A stretch of DNA of 64,000 bases, taken from the NCBI GenBank assembly GCA_048938385.1, contig JBHLMG010000001.1, positions 256,001-320,000 of the forward strand, read 5' to 3'. The position numbers and the translations under genes were made by a program. The DNA comes from Promethearchaeota archaeon (lineage in GTDB: Archaea > Asgardarchaeota > Hermodarchaeia > Hermodarchaeales > Hermodarchaeaceae). Under the pieces are notes generated by a model that searched no databases, was not told the origin of the DNA, and saw only the letters and a list, made by a program, of their open reading frames with translations. Each line of letters opens with the position of its first letter. The first letter of the stretch is position 1. Shown one piece after another: positions 8,383 to 18,425 of this stretch.

Positions 8383-9085
8383 GGGATTTGTATATTACCA
8401 GGCAGATAGGTACATTTGCAGTTGCCCAGTTTTGATACTTTCCCTCGTACTTCAAACCGTAATCGCGTTGCCCTTGGTTTCCAAGAATAAAGAAGAGCGT
8501 TTGGTGTCGAGCTTGTTTATAAAATCCTAACAACCAGCGATCTGTGCGATGGAGTAGTTTTTGACCTAGTTCTAAAGGAGGACGACTAGTGTGTTCTCGG
8601 TATAAAGTATCAAAATCAAGAAAGTGGATGTTGAGAACATCAGAGCGGTTCAGAAGTTTTGCTGTTTCAATATAAGTGCGCATATCCGTGTCAGCGGCTC
8701 GGAAGGTCGCTGACCCCGCTGTTGTTTGTTGGTCTTCGCGATCGACCACAACGACGGTTTTTCCTTGCTGGACTAAATGGGAGAAAAGATGAAACCCATC
8801 TTGTAAGTTTCCGTGTGTGAGTTCCTTAATGACATTGGCTGTATAACCATTGGGGGTTTCCAGTGTGAGAATCGTCTGTGCTTCTTTGAGAAGAAATTTT
8901 GGTTTATGAAGCACGACCTCTAATAATCCGAAATTATCGAGATTTACTATTACAATTCGTTCAGCTGGGTAGCCTAATGATAGATCGATTTTAGGGCTTA
9001 AATTAGAAGGTGTTCCTACACCTAATTGTGAAAGAATGGTTGCTGGCATTTGCACCAATTTACCTTCTATAGTATCAAATGTCAC
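8372..9085 (-). CDS. Alkaline-phosphatase-superfamily-like protein (degenerate)
   Basis: 'IVIVNLDNFG', 'HFLDFDT' and C-terminal 'VPI' resemble AlkP/NPP core strands. Confidence 0.5.
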   Translation of the reverse strand: MTFDTIEGKLVQMPATILSQLGVGTPSNLSPKIDLSLGYPAERIVIVNLDNFGLLEVVLHKPKFLLKEAQTILTLETPNGYTANVIKELTHGNLQDGFHLFSHLVQQGKTVVVVDREDQQTTAGSATFRAADTDMRTYIETAKLLNRSDVLNIHFLDFDTLYREHTSRPPLELGQKLLHRTDRWLLGFYKQARHQTLFFILGNQGQRDYGLKYEGKYQNWATANVPICLVIYKSLGE

Positions 9086-9175
9086 TCATTTCCCGCCAAA
9101 CGAATAAAACATCTCGAAAATACCTAAAGAAGTTTTTTCGACTAGTTCCATGGACCATTTATTTCTGCGATTCCC

Positions 9176-10363
9176 TCAAACGAAGACCAATACGATATAA
9201 AATACAAAGACTTGCATCAGCAGAATCATTGCACCTTCAAATATATCGACCTTCTTATCATCGGTCATGGCTTGTTTGAGGAACCACAGTGAACCGGCCG
9301 CTGTGGCAAATTGAAGGAGGACAGCAGCATCAAGAGGAAGTGGGAGGAAAATTGAGACACCACCAACTATAAGCAGAAGGACCTGTGTGGTTCCGCCCAA
9401 GGTATTACCAATGGCAATGTTTGCTTTCTTTTTAGTAGCTGCAACGATGGCAATACCATGCTCTGGGAGTGCCCCAGCCGCACCGATAATGAGGGCCATG
9501 ACAACAATACGTTGAACTTCTTGGATTCCAATGCTGGTCCAGGGTATAAATTCAAAGGTTAATTCTACTACATTTGTCAGCAAGTGACCTGCAATGAAGA
9601 TGCCAACAAATCCTAGCGCCGCTAGAATAATAGAGGTGGATTTTCGGTGTTTTGGTTCAGGTCTTATCCGTTTGGTAGTAGGTTTCTTCTTGAGCGCATA
9701 TATTGCATAGAGAGTGTAAGAAGTAACCATTAAGAGGCCTGCAAACCAAGGGAGATAAATGAGAGTGGGGGTCAGGCCATTAATTAGTTGGTGAATGTAG
9801 TGGAGAATTCCAAAAGCGAGAATTAGTGCCATTGCAACGATTGTCCACCGTATCAAATCTGCATCGTCTTCTACAACTTCTCGAGGGACATCGGTGAAAC
9901 CAGTCTTCCGTGCCGAGATTACCACTACACAACCGAGAAGAAGAATGTTGAATCCTGCCGCCATCACCACACTAAGAACTGCGATTTCTACCAGTTCTGG
10001 ATTTGCAAAAACAAGCCCTCTCCATGCCGTGAGAGCACTGACGACTGCTTCGGGAGTATTTGATGCCAGGGAGGAGAGGACACCGATAAAATAGGCGCTG
10101 AGGCCAGCAAAGGCGCCAAGGGATTCGAGTCCATCAATAGCTAAATGAGAGGCCCGAAAGGTTAGCCATAAAGCGAAGGCCATGGTTGCTACAATGACCA
10201 ATAGTGGATTCGGATACAACAACAGCACAAGAATGTAGAAAACAAAGAGAGCAATGGCTAGCGTCTTTTCGAATCGACTAATATGGAAGGCTGTGTGAAC
10301 TTCAACAACACTAGAAAGAAGATGGGGATCTTCCTGTTCTACTGTTTCTGGCATTATGGACAC
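9176..10363 (-). CDS. Ca2+:cation antiporter (CaCA family)
   Basis: Two alpha-repeats (ASNTPE, AGALPEH) and about 10 TMs. Confidence 0.85.
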   Translation of the reverse strand: MSIMPETVEQEDPHLLSSVVEVHTAFHISRFEKTLAIALFVFYILVLLLYPNPLLVIVATMAFALWLTFRASHLAIDGLESLGAFAGLSAYFIGVLSSLASNTPEAVVSALTAWRGLVFANPELVEIAVLSVVMAAGFNILLLGCVVVISARKTGFTDVPREVVEDDADLIRWTIVAMALILAFGILHYIHQLINGLTPTLIYLPWFAGLLMVTSYTLYAIYALKKKPTTKRIRPEPKHRKSTSIILAALGFVGIFIAGHLLTNVVELTFEFIPWTSIGIQEVQRIVVMALIIGAAGALPEHGIAIVAATKKKANIAIGNTLGGTTQVLLLIVGGVSIFLPLPLDAAVLLQFATAAGSLWFLKQAMTDDKKVDIFEGAMILLMQVFVFYIVLVFV

Positions 10364-10441
10364 TCCATTATTGAAGGTGCAATTTTATCGATTCTAATCA
10401 TTAAGGTTTTGGGCACATCGATTCCTTTCATTTATGTTTGG

Positions 10442-10924
10442 CTACACTTTGATCGCCATCAATTGAGCATTTTCGCCATTGCGGTAATAGGAAGAAAGGG
10501 TTCGAATTCGTTGAAACCCCAGTTTCTCATAAAGTTTAATGGCTGCAAGATTAGTGACGCGGACCTCTAGAATTACTTCTCGGGCTTTGTACTCAGTTGT
10601 CATGGCTCTTATTGATTGTTGAATCAGCTCTGTTGCGAGACCTTGCCGACGAAAATCTGGGAGAACGGCAACGCTGACTATGTGACCCCGCCGAACCCAT
10701 CGTAACCCAAAATTCGATACACCTCCTTCCATTCGGCACATTATATACCCAATCAGTTTACCTTCAGTTTCGACTACAAAAAACGCGTTAGAATATCGCT
10801 CATAAATTTCGAGAAAGAAATGTTCAGGGTAATTCTCTGGAAGGGTATCTAGGTTAATCTGCACAATCTCTGGAATATCATTAGGTTCCGCTCGTCTAAT
10901 AACATAGCCTTGGAGTTCTGTCAA
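10442..10924 (-). CDS. N-terminal acetyltransferase (RimI/Ard1 family)
   Basis: LPENY, GHIVSVAV, RRQGLA, LEVRVTN, YYRNGE. Confidence 0.93.
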   Translation of the reverse strand: MTELQGYVIRRAEPNDIPEIVQINLDTLPENYPEHFFLEIYERYSNAFFVVETEGKLIGYIMCRMEGGVSNFGLRWVRRGHIVSVAVLPDFRRQGLATELIQQSIRAMTTEYKAREVILEVRVTNLAAIKLYEKLGFQRIRTLSSYYRNGENAQLMAIKV

Positions 10925-11041
10925 GGAAATCAGCTTCTAGAGTCCTTACTATAGGAGAATTAAAAGTTAACCACATGACTATTTGGAAACCTTTATGTGG
11001 TTAGATTCTCTGGCGTGCATATAAGATGACGGTGAGAATCT

Positions 11042-12235
11042 TTGTCAATTGGAGAAGAACCTAATCCTGAAGAGACAGAAGCGGTGTATGTGCCTGATAC
11101 ATATTTGTTAGAACTTCGGGATATTGTAAAGGAAGAGTTCACAGTCAAGTACGCGTACATCGATGGGCGTGATAACTTTCCGGTTTTTATTATTGAAGAA
11201 GATTCAGCTATTAAGGAACGGTCGACTAAACTCTCTGAACGCTTACGCCCTCATAATCTCCTTGCGGTAATTCGGCAGGTTGAACTGTTTGAAGGAACTG
11301 GAGAAAAAAACACTGTAATTAAGCTAGTCCCCGCTCCTCCTCCTCGGACAGCCAGCAATTATAGGATGAACATCATCTTATTCGCCATCACTGTTGTAAC
11401 GGTGCTGGTTGCAGGTTGGTTCTTCGCTACTAATCCTGCTCTTGATTATATTTACAACAGCATCTTCGGTATTCCTTACAATCCTTACATTGTGATGGTC
11501 CAATATTCTATAGCGATCTTAGCTATCATTGGACTTCATGAATTGGGTCATTATGGCATAAGTCGGTTCCATAGAATCGAAGCTTCCTTGCCTTACTTCA
11601 TTCCAGGAATCTATTATGGCACCTTCGGTGCTCTAATCGTGCAACGGTCTCCACCTCCAAATCGGGATAGTCTTTTTGATATGGGGATTAGTGGACCGTT
11701 AGTTGGCTTTGCAGTTGCAATTGTAGTTGTCATTGTGGGGCTTTGGTTAAGTCCAGTGTTAAGTCCGACTGAATATGCTTCTCTTGTGGCCTACCTTGAA
11801 ACCATACCGGGAATCACGGCTCCATCTTGGCTTCCCACCCCGCTTCTCTTTGATATCATCTGGAGTTTTATGACTGTCGGTATTCCACTCAATTATACCG
11901 CTTATATTCATCCCGTGGCCTTCGCTGGGTGGGTAGGCTTTCTAATTACTGCTATCAACTACTTCCCAATCGGTCAATTAGATGGAGGACATGTCTCTCG
12001 TTCACTTATCGGTGCAAGATACCATCAACTCATCTCATATGCTGCTGTGTTCATTCTCTTCATCTTACAATACTGGTGGATGGCGCTCATTGCCTTTTTC
12101 CTCTTCTCTGGAAGGCATCCTGGTCCTGTTGATGATGTCTCACCTGTAAGCTCTTGGCGAAGAGTTGTTGGCGCGCTCTCATACCTGATGCCAGTATTAC
12201 TGTTACCTCCGCTTGTTGGAGGGTTCTTTTTCTAG
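11042..12235 (+). CDS. Site-2 (M50) intramembrane metalloprotease
   Basis: HELGH and NYFPIGQLDGG motifs; multiple TMs. Confidence 0.93.
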   Translation: MSIGEEPNPEETEAVYVPDTYLLELRDIVKEEFTVKYAYIDGRDNFPVFIIEEDSAIKERSTKLSERLRPHNLLAVIRQVELFEGTGEKNTVIKLVPAPPPRTASNYRMNIILFAITVVTVLVAGWFFATNPALDYIYNSIFGIPYNPYIVMVQYSIAILAIIGLHELGHYGISRFHRIEASLPYFIPGIYYGTFGALIVQRSPPPNRDSLFDMGISGPLVGFAVAIVVVIVGLWLSPVLSPTEYASLVAYLETIPGITAPSWLPTPLLFDIIWSFMTVGIPLNYTAYIHPVAFAGWVGFLITAINYFPIGQLDGGHVSRSLIGARYHQLISYAAVFILFILQYWWMALIAFFLFSGRHPGPVDDVSPVSSWRRVVGALSYLMPVLLLPPLVGGFFF

Positions 12236-12254
12236 CCCTCCGAATTCGAAGAAG

Positions 12255-13523
12255 CTAGGTTGCAGATGGAAGAACATCAGTGCCATGGGGCATAGCCCAC
12301 ACTCTAGCATCATGACCAACTTGTGCAAAGGCGGCTTGCAAAGCTGCATCAACCGATTTGAATGGAGTGACATAGTAGTATTTTTTCAACTCGTCTGCGT
12401 TAAGGCTTGAAACGAGGTATTGGTGCACGCGTTGTGCTCCTTGGGCCATGTAGAAGATTTTGTGACCACCCATGATAAAATTAGTCTGAATTTGGTGCGA
12501 GAGTTCACCGAACGAACGATAGTTGTGTGCCCACTCTTCGAAAACCTTGTGACCAATACCTTCTCGGCATTCGAGAAGGGCAATAACGACTCCACCATCG
12601 CGCACAGCTCCAAGGGCATGGACCATTGCCTTCGTTCCTTGGTACAAATTGATATCCTTCGGGTAACCGCAACTGGTAATAACGATGTCAGCTTTTTCTC
12701 GAATTGGGACACGACCTAATCCATCAGCAAGTTTTACCCCTTCAAGAAATGCCTGTTCAAAATCCCCAGCAAAAGCTGAAACAATTTCTTTTTGTGAATT
12801 TCGTACAAAATTCACGATAAAGTCAACGCCAGAGAGTTTTGCCGCTTCAACCATATCAAGGTGGACGGGGTTGCCATCGAGGTTTCCTGTGGTGGCCTTC
12901 GGATGGGTGAGCATTCCATGATTTGAATTTATTGTTTTTCGTCCACACACAGCAGGTAGAACGCTCTTTCTGCCACCACCAAATCCAGCGTAATAATGGT
13001 AACCGATATCGCCGGTTAGGAGATGGAGATCAGTCTCTTGGAATATACGGTTGATTTCGAGCTCAGTTCCAAAAGATGTGGTTCCTACCCTGACTAAATC
13101 GTTAGCATCACAATTATGAACCTCAATTTGATGACTTTGACAGGCGACATCACAGAGAAGTTGTTGCTGCTCTTCTAGAGTGGTTGCTCGGTGCGTCCCT
13201 GTTCCAAAAATTATGGTAATATCTTTCTCTTTTATCCCAGCCTTACTTAATTGGTCGATGAGTGGATTTAGGAGAATGTGACAAGGCAATCCTCGGGTGT
13301 GGTCATCAACGACAATTGCTGCAGTCTGTCCCGCACTAGCAATGTCTGATAGAGGTGAAGATCCAATGGGATTCAAGATAGCCTCAAGGACAGTCTTATC
13401 CGGGTTGATTGTACCCTTAACAGGCTTAGCATCTAAAATCCCAAGCAAATTTCGATCAGGAATTTCAAGTTTTACATGTTCTGATCCGTATAAGAAATTA
13501 ACATTGGTCACTGGATTCACCAT
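12255..13523 (-). CDS. larA: Nickel-pincer-dependent lactate racemase family protein
   Basis: DDHTR, GTGTHR, HYYAGFGGGRKS, GYPKDINLYQ. Confidence 0.88.
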   Translation of the reverse strand: MVNPVTNVNFLYGSEHVKLEIPDRNLLGILDAKPVKGTINPDKTVLEAILNPIGSSPLSDIASAGQTAAIVVDDHTRGLPCHILLNPLIDQLSKAGIKEKDITIIFGTGTHRATTLEEQQQLLCDVACQSHQIEVHNCDANDLVRVGTTSFGTELEINRIFQETDLHLLTGDIGYHYYAGFGGGRKSVLPAVCGRKTINSNHGMLTHPKATTGNLDGNPVHLDMVEAAKLSGVDFIVNFVRNSQKEIVSAFAGDFEQAFLEGVKLADGLGRVPIREKADIVITSCGYPKDINLYQGTKAMVHALGAVRDGGVVIALLECREGIGHKVFEEWAHNYRSFGELSHQIQTNFIMGGHKIFYMAQGAQRVHQYLVSSLNADELKKYYYVTPFKSVDAALQAAFAQVGHDARVWAMPHGTDVLPSAT

Positions 13524-13582
13524 AAGATGAATGCTATAGAAATGATTCGTTACGGTACAAAAGAATTCTGTAATTGCAGCAT

Positions 13583-14914
13583 CTATAATATGCCTTGTTG
13601 TTGAAGTTGTGCAATCTCGTCAAACTTCTTCGGAAGGTACTCTTCTGTTACGAAGCTCAATCCATAGCGACTAAACGCCTGCTGTTCGGCTTTCCGACCA
13701 TTTTTCAAGAAGAGGTTTAGTTCCTTTTGCCAAAACTTTGACTGGTATCGCGGGTCCTTAAGGAGGTCTTGAGTACGTTTTTTATCAGTATCAGTGAAGG
13801 GATCGCTAGGAAGTTTGTATTTTAGGATATCTGACGCCCAGACTCCCATCCAGATGGCATCTGGGGTCGCAAGTCCTCGGAGGTGAGCTGCTGAGGCGCT
13901 TCCAGAGATAATCACCATAGCGATGTGTGCTCCCCAGGGATCGGCATCTACAAAAAGATAGGTGGGTAGGTTAAGCTCGTAGCGTAGCCGTCGAATAACT
14001 CGTCGAACGCTTCGAGGGGCTTGCCCCGCAGTATGAATTAAGATGGCGTTCTGGGTCTCATGGACACCATCCTCGACAAACCGTGTGAACATACCTCCGG
14101 ACTCGATAGCAATTACCTTGTCAGCTTTACAATCAATTAACTTTGCTGAAGTCAGGTAGGGTCCAATCATAAGTCCATCGGGGTGGTCAGTAAGGTTGAT
14201 TTGCTTTCCTGCATACTTCTGCGGTGCTGTGTACTCAATTGTCAAATCCCCGTATATTGCTGCGCGCTCCTCTGGAAAAACTCGGAATGATTCACGCGGT
14301 GCCTTGATTTTCGCCTCGACATCAGTAATAATCGTGTCACTTTCACTTTGTTGACCAAATGTTACGCCGTAACCAAATGATTGGTAATAGATATCTCGTA
14401 AAGTACTGGATTTTCTCTCAGCAAGTAGTTGCTTAAGAAATCGCATCACCCATACCATCTGGCTGAAGCTGCGAATTTGCCCCACATTCCGAGTCGATCG
14501 AGTTACAGTCTTGTCTGCAAGCACAAATTGGCCAAGTTCGTCATCAAACTCAATGTTACTAGTACTTCGGCTCGGTAGGACAATTTCAGGAAATTCGCCC
14601 TTAGTAAGGGCTGTATACATCTCTCTACCGACGCCTTGCATCTCGCTGCTTATTTCTTCGCTAGTCTTTTGCTCTTCAATGAAAGTTTTGGGCTCTTTTT
14701 TGATTTGGATTATTCGTTTAGCTTCCGCCTTACCTAAACGCCATTCAAGCTGTCCTCCCCTCTTACGGGTTTCCACTAATCCCTCTTTCTCAAGTTTTTT
14801 GAGATTACGACGAAGAATCGCCGAGTCCATCTTGAGCAGTTGCGTCAGTCGTTTTGTGGTCTTCCACCGGCGAGACAATAAATCCATAATTCGCTCAGGA
14901 GTTATTTCCGACAT
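13583..14914 (-). CDS. top6A: DNA topoisomerase VI subunit A with an N-terminal wHTH extension
   Basis: STLRDIYY (catalytic Tyr), DADPWG, KAEQQA. Confidence 0.95.
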   Translation of the reverse strand: MSEITPERIMDLLSRRWKTTKRLTQLLKMDSAILRRNLKKLEKEGLVETRKRGGQLEWRLGKAEAKRIIQIKKEPKTFIEEQKTSEEISSEMQGVGREMYTALTKGEFPEIVLPSRSTSNIEFDDELGQFVLADKTVTRSTRNVGQIRSFSQMVWVMRFLKQLLAERKSSTLRDIYYQSFGYGVTFGQQSESDTIITDVEAKIKAPRESFRVFPEERAAIYGDLTIEYTAPQKYAGKQINLTDHPDGLMIGPYLTSAKLIDCKADKVIAIESGGMFTRFVEDGVHETQNAILIHTAGQAPRSVRRVIRRLRYELNLPTYLFVDADPWGAHIAMVIISGSASAAHLRGLATPDAIWMGVWASDILKYKLPSDPFTDTDKKRTQDLLKDPRYQSKFWQKELNLFLKNGRKAEQQAFSRYGLSFVTEEYLPKKFDEIAQLQQQGIL

Positions 14915-14917
14915 CGT

Positions 14918-16540
14918 CTAGTCTTCCTCTTCTTCAAATGATTCGTCCGAGTCATCAATTTCAGGTTCATGCTCAGCAAGTATTCCCTCTTCCACTGGAA
15001 GAGGAACTTCCTCTTCCTCAGTTTCTTCTTCTGAAATCTCTATTGTGAGTGCACTTTGGACTAGAGCCTTTATATCAGGAATCTTACGGCGTCCGGCTAA
15101 AGCTGCGACATCTCGGGCTATAATGGGGAGGTACTTCTCATATACGCTGGCTCGTACTCGCTCTCGCTGAACCTTCTCTTTTTGTCGCAAGTGACCTTTC
15201 AAACCGCGAGCGCACTCCATTAACCCCATTCGAATATCATATTCAAGTTCAGCGAGGTCTGCAATGAACTCCTTACCTGCGGTTTTGAAGGGAATTTTTG
15301 TACTTACGACTGCCACAAACGCGGCAATAGGCATGCCAGGACGGATACGGTATCGTGACCAGGGAATGCCCCGAACAATCTTGGCCGATACATCTTTGTA
15401 TTCATCAAAAATTAAGGGAATGCGGTTAGCGAACCGATAGATGATAATTGACTCCTTCATGGGAACGCCTCCGCCATAGGCGAGTCCACATTCGACAATG
15501 AAGGGGTGGCCACCGTAGCTATTAGGTGGACGCTGAGTGACATGGACAAATTCGGGGTTTAAAGTTGTTCGGATACCAAGCTCTAAGAGTTTGGTTCCTA
15601 ATGGAGATAAAACTCGCGCATCGGGCGGGAGCCATTTTTTAAACTCCTGTAGACCTCGGGCGATTTTGACGAGGTCATTAGGTTTCAGGGCACGTGGATC
15701 TTGAGAGTACGGCATATTAATGGATTTCAGGAAAGCTTTACCTGTTTTCGGTCCAACTCGATGAAAATGATTTCGAAGAAAGGTAACCATGTCACGAGTT
15801 TTTGTGTCTTCTACAAGGCGAGAGAGTTGTTCGATATCCATTCCCTTAGGGTGTGGGTTCACCGGAGTAGGTGGTGGCGGAAGGACTTTGACTGATCGTT
15901 TGAACTCGTGGATGGTTCCATCAGGTTCAGTGAACTTAAGGTGGGCATAGGGGGTGATGAGGGCGGTCTGTTCGATATATTCGATGATGTACCGTCGGGC
16001 CAATCGGTAATTTCCTTCGAGAGTAAATTCTAGGGTACACCCATGATTTCCATCACGGTTCTTGCTGCGTTCCCACTTGACAAGTTCAGGCTTGTTTTCT
16101 TCAATATCCTGTCGTAACACGACTTCGAAGATGTGCTCACCATCAATTGGTGCTGAAGTAACATGTAGTGGTTGGCTTGTAGTGATTTGTCCGAAGAGGA
16201 AGGCCATTTTTCCACCCAGCCCGAACCGCCCCCGTGCTTGTTTGTGCTCGTATTTCGATCCGTACAGGATTTGACCGAAGGCTGGCATGATGTGGTCTCG
16301 GGGCACTCCTATTCCGTTATCTTCTACTCGAAGTGTGTACCAGTCATTCGCCACTTCGGTTAGCTTGACATTGATAGTCGGTAGGAATCCCCCATCTTCG
16401 CAGGCATCAAGCGAATTTTCAACGAGTTCACGAACTGCTGTGTAGATCGCGCGCATAGTGTTATCAAAGCCAGCAATGGAACGATTTCGGTAGAAGAAAT
16501 CAGCCGGAGATATTGATTCAAAGCTAACTGCAGTTGTCAT
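14918..16540 (-). CDS. top6B: DNA topoisomerase VI subunit B
   Basis: ELVENSLDA, EDNGIG, RGRFGLG, RFANRIPL; acidic tail. Confidence 0.97.
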   Translation of the reverse strand: MTTAVSFESISPADFFYRNRSIAGFDNTMRAIYTAVRELVENSLDACEDGGFLPTINVKLTEVANDWYTLRVEDNGIGVPRDHIMPAFGQILYGSKYEHKQARGRFGLGGKMAFLFGQITTSQPLHVTSAPIDGEHIFEVVLRQDIEENKPELVKWERSKNRDGNHGCTLEFTLEGNYRLARRYIIEYIEQTALITPYAHLKFTEPDGTIHEFKRSVKVLPPPPTPVNPHPKGMDIEQLSRLVEDTKTRDMVTFLRNHFHRVGPKTGKAFLKSINMPYSQDPRALKPNDLVKIARGLQEFKKWLPPDARVLSPLGTKLLELGIRTTLNPEFVHVTQRPPNSYGGHPFIVECGLAYGGGVPMKESIIIYRFANRIPLIFDEYKDVSAKIVRGIPWSRYRIRPGMPIAAFVAVVSTKIPFKTAGKEFIADLAELEYDIRMGLMECARGLKGHLRQKEKVQRERVRASVYEKYLPIIARDVAALAGRRKIPDIKALVQSALTIEISEEETEEEEVPLPVEEGILAEHEPEIDDSDESFEEEED

Positions 16541-16669
16541 ATAAACCGCCTATCTTTCTCGTTCTGTGAAATTCCCCACGCCATCCTTGATGGTGCTGGG
16601 CACATCATAGACATTTAGATGAAGGGTTAAAAAGTATCTGGCTTCCCCCTTCCTCTGGGGTCAAGTTGT

Positions 16670-17206
16670 TCAGGTTTCTTCATCCTCTCTGTGCGGAGCT
16701 AAATAGTCACAAAGCAAGGATGGTACTAAAAATCCGATGATGAGGAGGATGATTGATGTTATTCCAATAGGTGACATGAGGAGTAGAGTAATGAAGCCGA
16801 GGTAGCGAATACTCCCAATGACCTTTGCGCGGATATCTGATTCAGTTCTAAACTCATTATCGTTCACTGGGTTATTATCGCCTTTTGTAAAGAATCGTAG
16901 TTCTCCGGATACATTCTGAATTTCCACGATCCTGTGGACGATTGGTACTTCATTTGGGTCTGATGTTCTATTGTAGATGACGATGTCTCCAACTTGGAGC
17001 GTTGACGGGTCGACGCCTCGTACAACGACGAGATCTCCGCGGTAAAGTACGGGTTCCATAGATCCTGATTCTACTGCCAACATGGGAGTGGGAGTTTGAA
17101 GGTAGACTTGTAGGCCAATTCCTGCACTCCAGACAGCGAATAGCACTACAACGATTACGACGATGTCTTCAACTAGTTCGCGTTGCCAGGATTTGCTGTT
17201 GCTCAA
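16670..17206 (-). CDS. Signal peptidase I (Sec11/S26B type)
   Basis: VESGSMEP, IVHR, TKGDNN. Confidence 0.93.
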   Translation of the reverse strand: MSNSKSWQRELVEDIVVIVVVLFAVWSAGIGLQVYLQTPTPMLAVESGSMEPVLYRGDLVVVRGVDPSTLQVGDIVIYNRTSDPNEVPIVHRIVEIQNVSGELRFFTKGDNNPVNDNEFRTESDIRAKVIGSIRYLGFITLLLMSPIGITSIILLIIGFLVPSLLCDYLAPHREDEET

Positions 17207-17336
17207 GTTGGATGCCTCTGCACTTTTCAGGATAGGGGAAAGTATGAGTTCAACTAAAAAAGGGTATGCGTCAGTACATCCTGCAACGCAAGAGATTTAA
17301 TTACGCTCCCAATAACCCTTAGCGTGGTGCTATAAA

Positions 17337-18089
17337 TTGCAGTTTCCAAGCCAAGTGCTTCAAGGGAAGTTAGATGAGGTTGTCCATCAAGCTTTTCTTC
17401 GCTATGGTAAAGGCGAATACAGTGGTCCTGCTGCTGAAATTAGCCTCACAAAGACAGGTAATGTTAAGGTTCGCTCGACTTATCTCTATCAAGAGCTAGT
17501 TGCATCTGTTTTTCTCCAAGAGGTTCCTTTAGAAACCCTAGCTGTCTCAGGTGTTGTACTCGGTAGCGATCAACTCGACGAAGAGCTCAATGCGTTGGAC
17601 ATCGAACCTGGACCGTTGAGAAAGGTTCGCCAGGCGAAGGGCTATACCAGCAAAATCGCTGGGAACTATTCCAAGGATCAATTAATTTCTCTCTACGAGC
17701 AAATTGGATCAACTGGGTATGTTCTCTGCAATTTGACTGCAAGCAAAGATTGGAGTCACAAGGCGAAAACCAAAATTCCTGATCCCCGAAGTACAGCAAC
17801 AATAGATGAACAGATGAAGTTTAGTACAACCCGAGTACCTGCAAAAACGAATTTCACTGAGATCTTATTAGAGGAACTCGTTCCTGATTTTCAATCTGAA
17901 TTTCCTCAGAATTATGCAGTGGTAAAAATACAGAATGTGTTTAACATCAAGGGGTTCATTTTTCCACCTGATAAAGACACTCTTTCTTCAAAGGAACTCC
18001 GATTAAAGACAAAGCGTGAACTAGAAATTCGTCGCTCCCTGTTCGTTGATAACGCTGAGTTTACCCGCGCCCACAATGTGATTGTATAA
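17337..18089 (+). CDS. Archaeal hypothetical protein
   Basis: 250-aa ORF with 'DEVVHQAFLRYGKGEYSGP'; SD-like GTGGTG before TTG. Confidence 0.65.
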   Translation: MQFPSQVLQGKLDEVVHQAFLRYGKGEYSGPAAEISLTKTGNVKVRSTYLYQELVASVFLQEVPLETLAVSGVVLGSDQLDEELNALDIEPGPLRKVRQAKGYTSKIAGNYSKDQLISLYEQIGSTGYVLCNLTASKDWSHKAKTKIPDPRSTATIDEQMKFSTTRVPAKTNFTEILLEELVPDFQSEFPQNYAVVKIQNVFNIKGFIFPPDKDTLSSKELRLKTKRELEIRRSLFVDNAEFTRAHNVIV

Positions 18090-18178
18090 AATTCCTTCTG
18101 CGATGTAATTTCACTCCAACCAAAAATAATTAAAAAGGTAGAGCTGTTCACTCACCCCACAACTCAATTGGTGTTTGA

Positions 18179-18385
18179 TTGATGCAATTTGCTCCATTCC
18201 TCCCCTGGTATCCCATATTTGGTGGTCTTCTCATCGCTTTAGCCATTCTCCTGGGTTGCTGGCTAGTCTATATCGTTGAAAAGACGCGTCGACTTCCTTG
18301 GATGAAATTAATCCTGCTGATTTTCCTCATTGCCCTCTCAAGTAGCTTTGGCATCCACTTGCTTCTTTACGGATTCGCCTTGTAA
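18179..18385 (+). CDS. OST5/TMEM258-like two-TM small protein
   Basis: Two TMs; 'YP....L.....W..Y...FG...L' spacing resembles TMEM258. Confidence 0.55.
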   Translation: MMQFAPFLPWYPIFGGLLIALAILLGCWLVYIVEKTRRLPWMKLILLIFLIALSSSFGIHLLLYGFAL

Positions 18386-18425
18386 CTCTCGTTTGAACTA
18401 ACCAGGTGTGAGCTGCCCTTCCATA

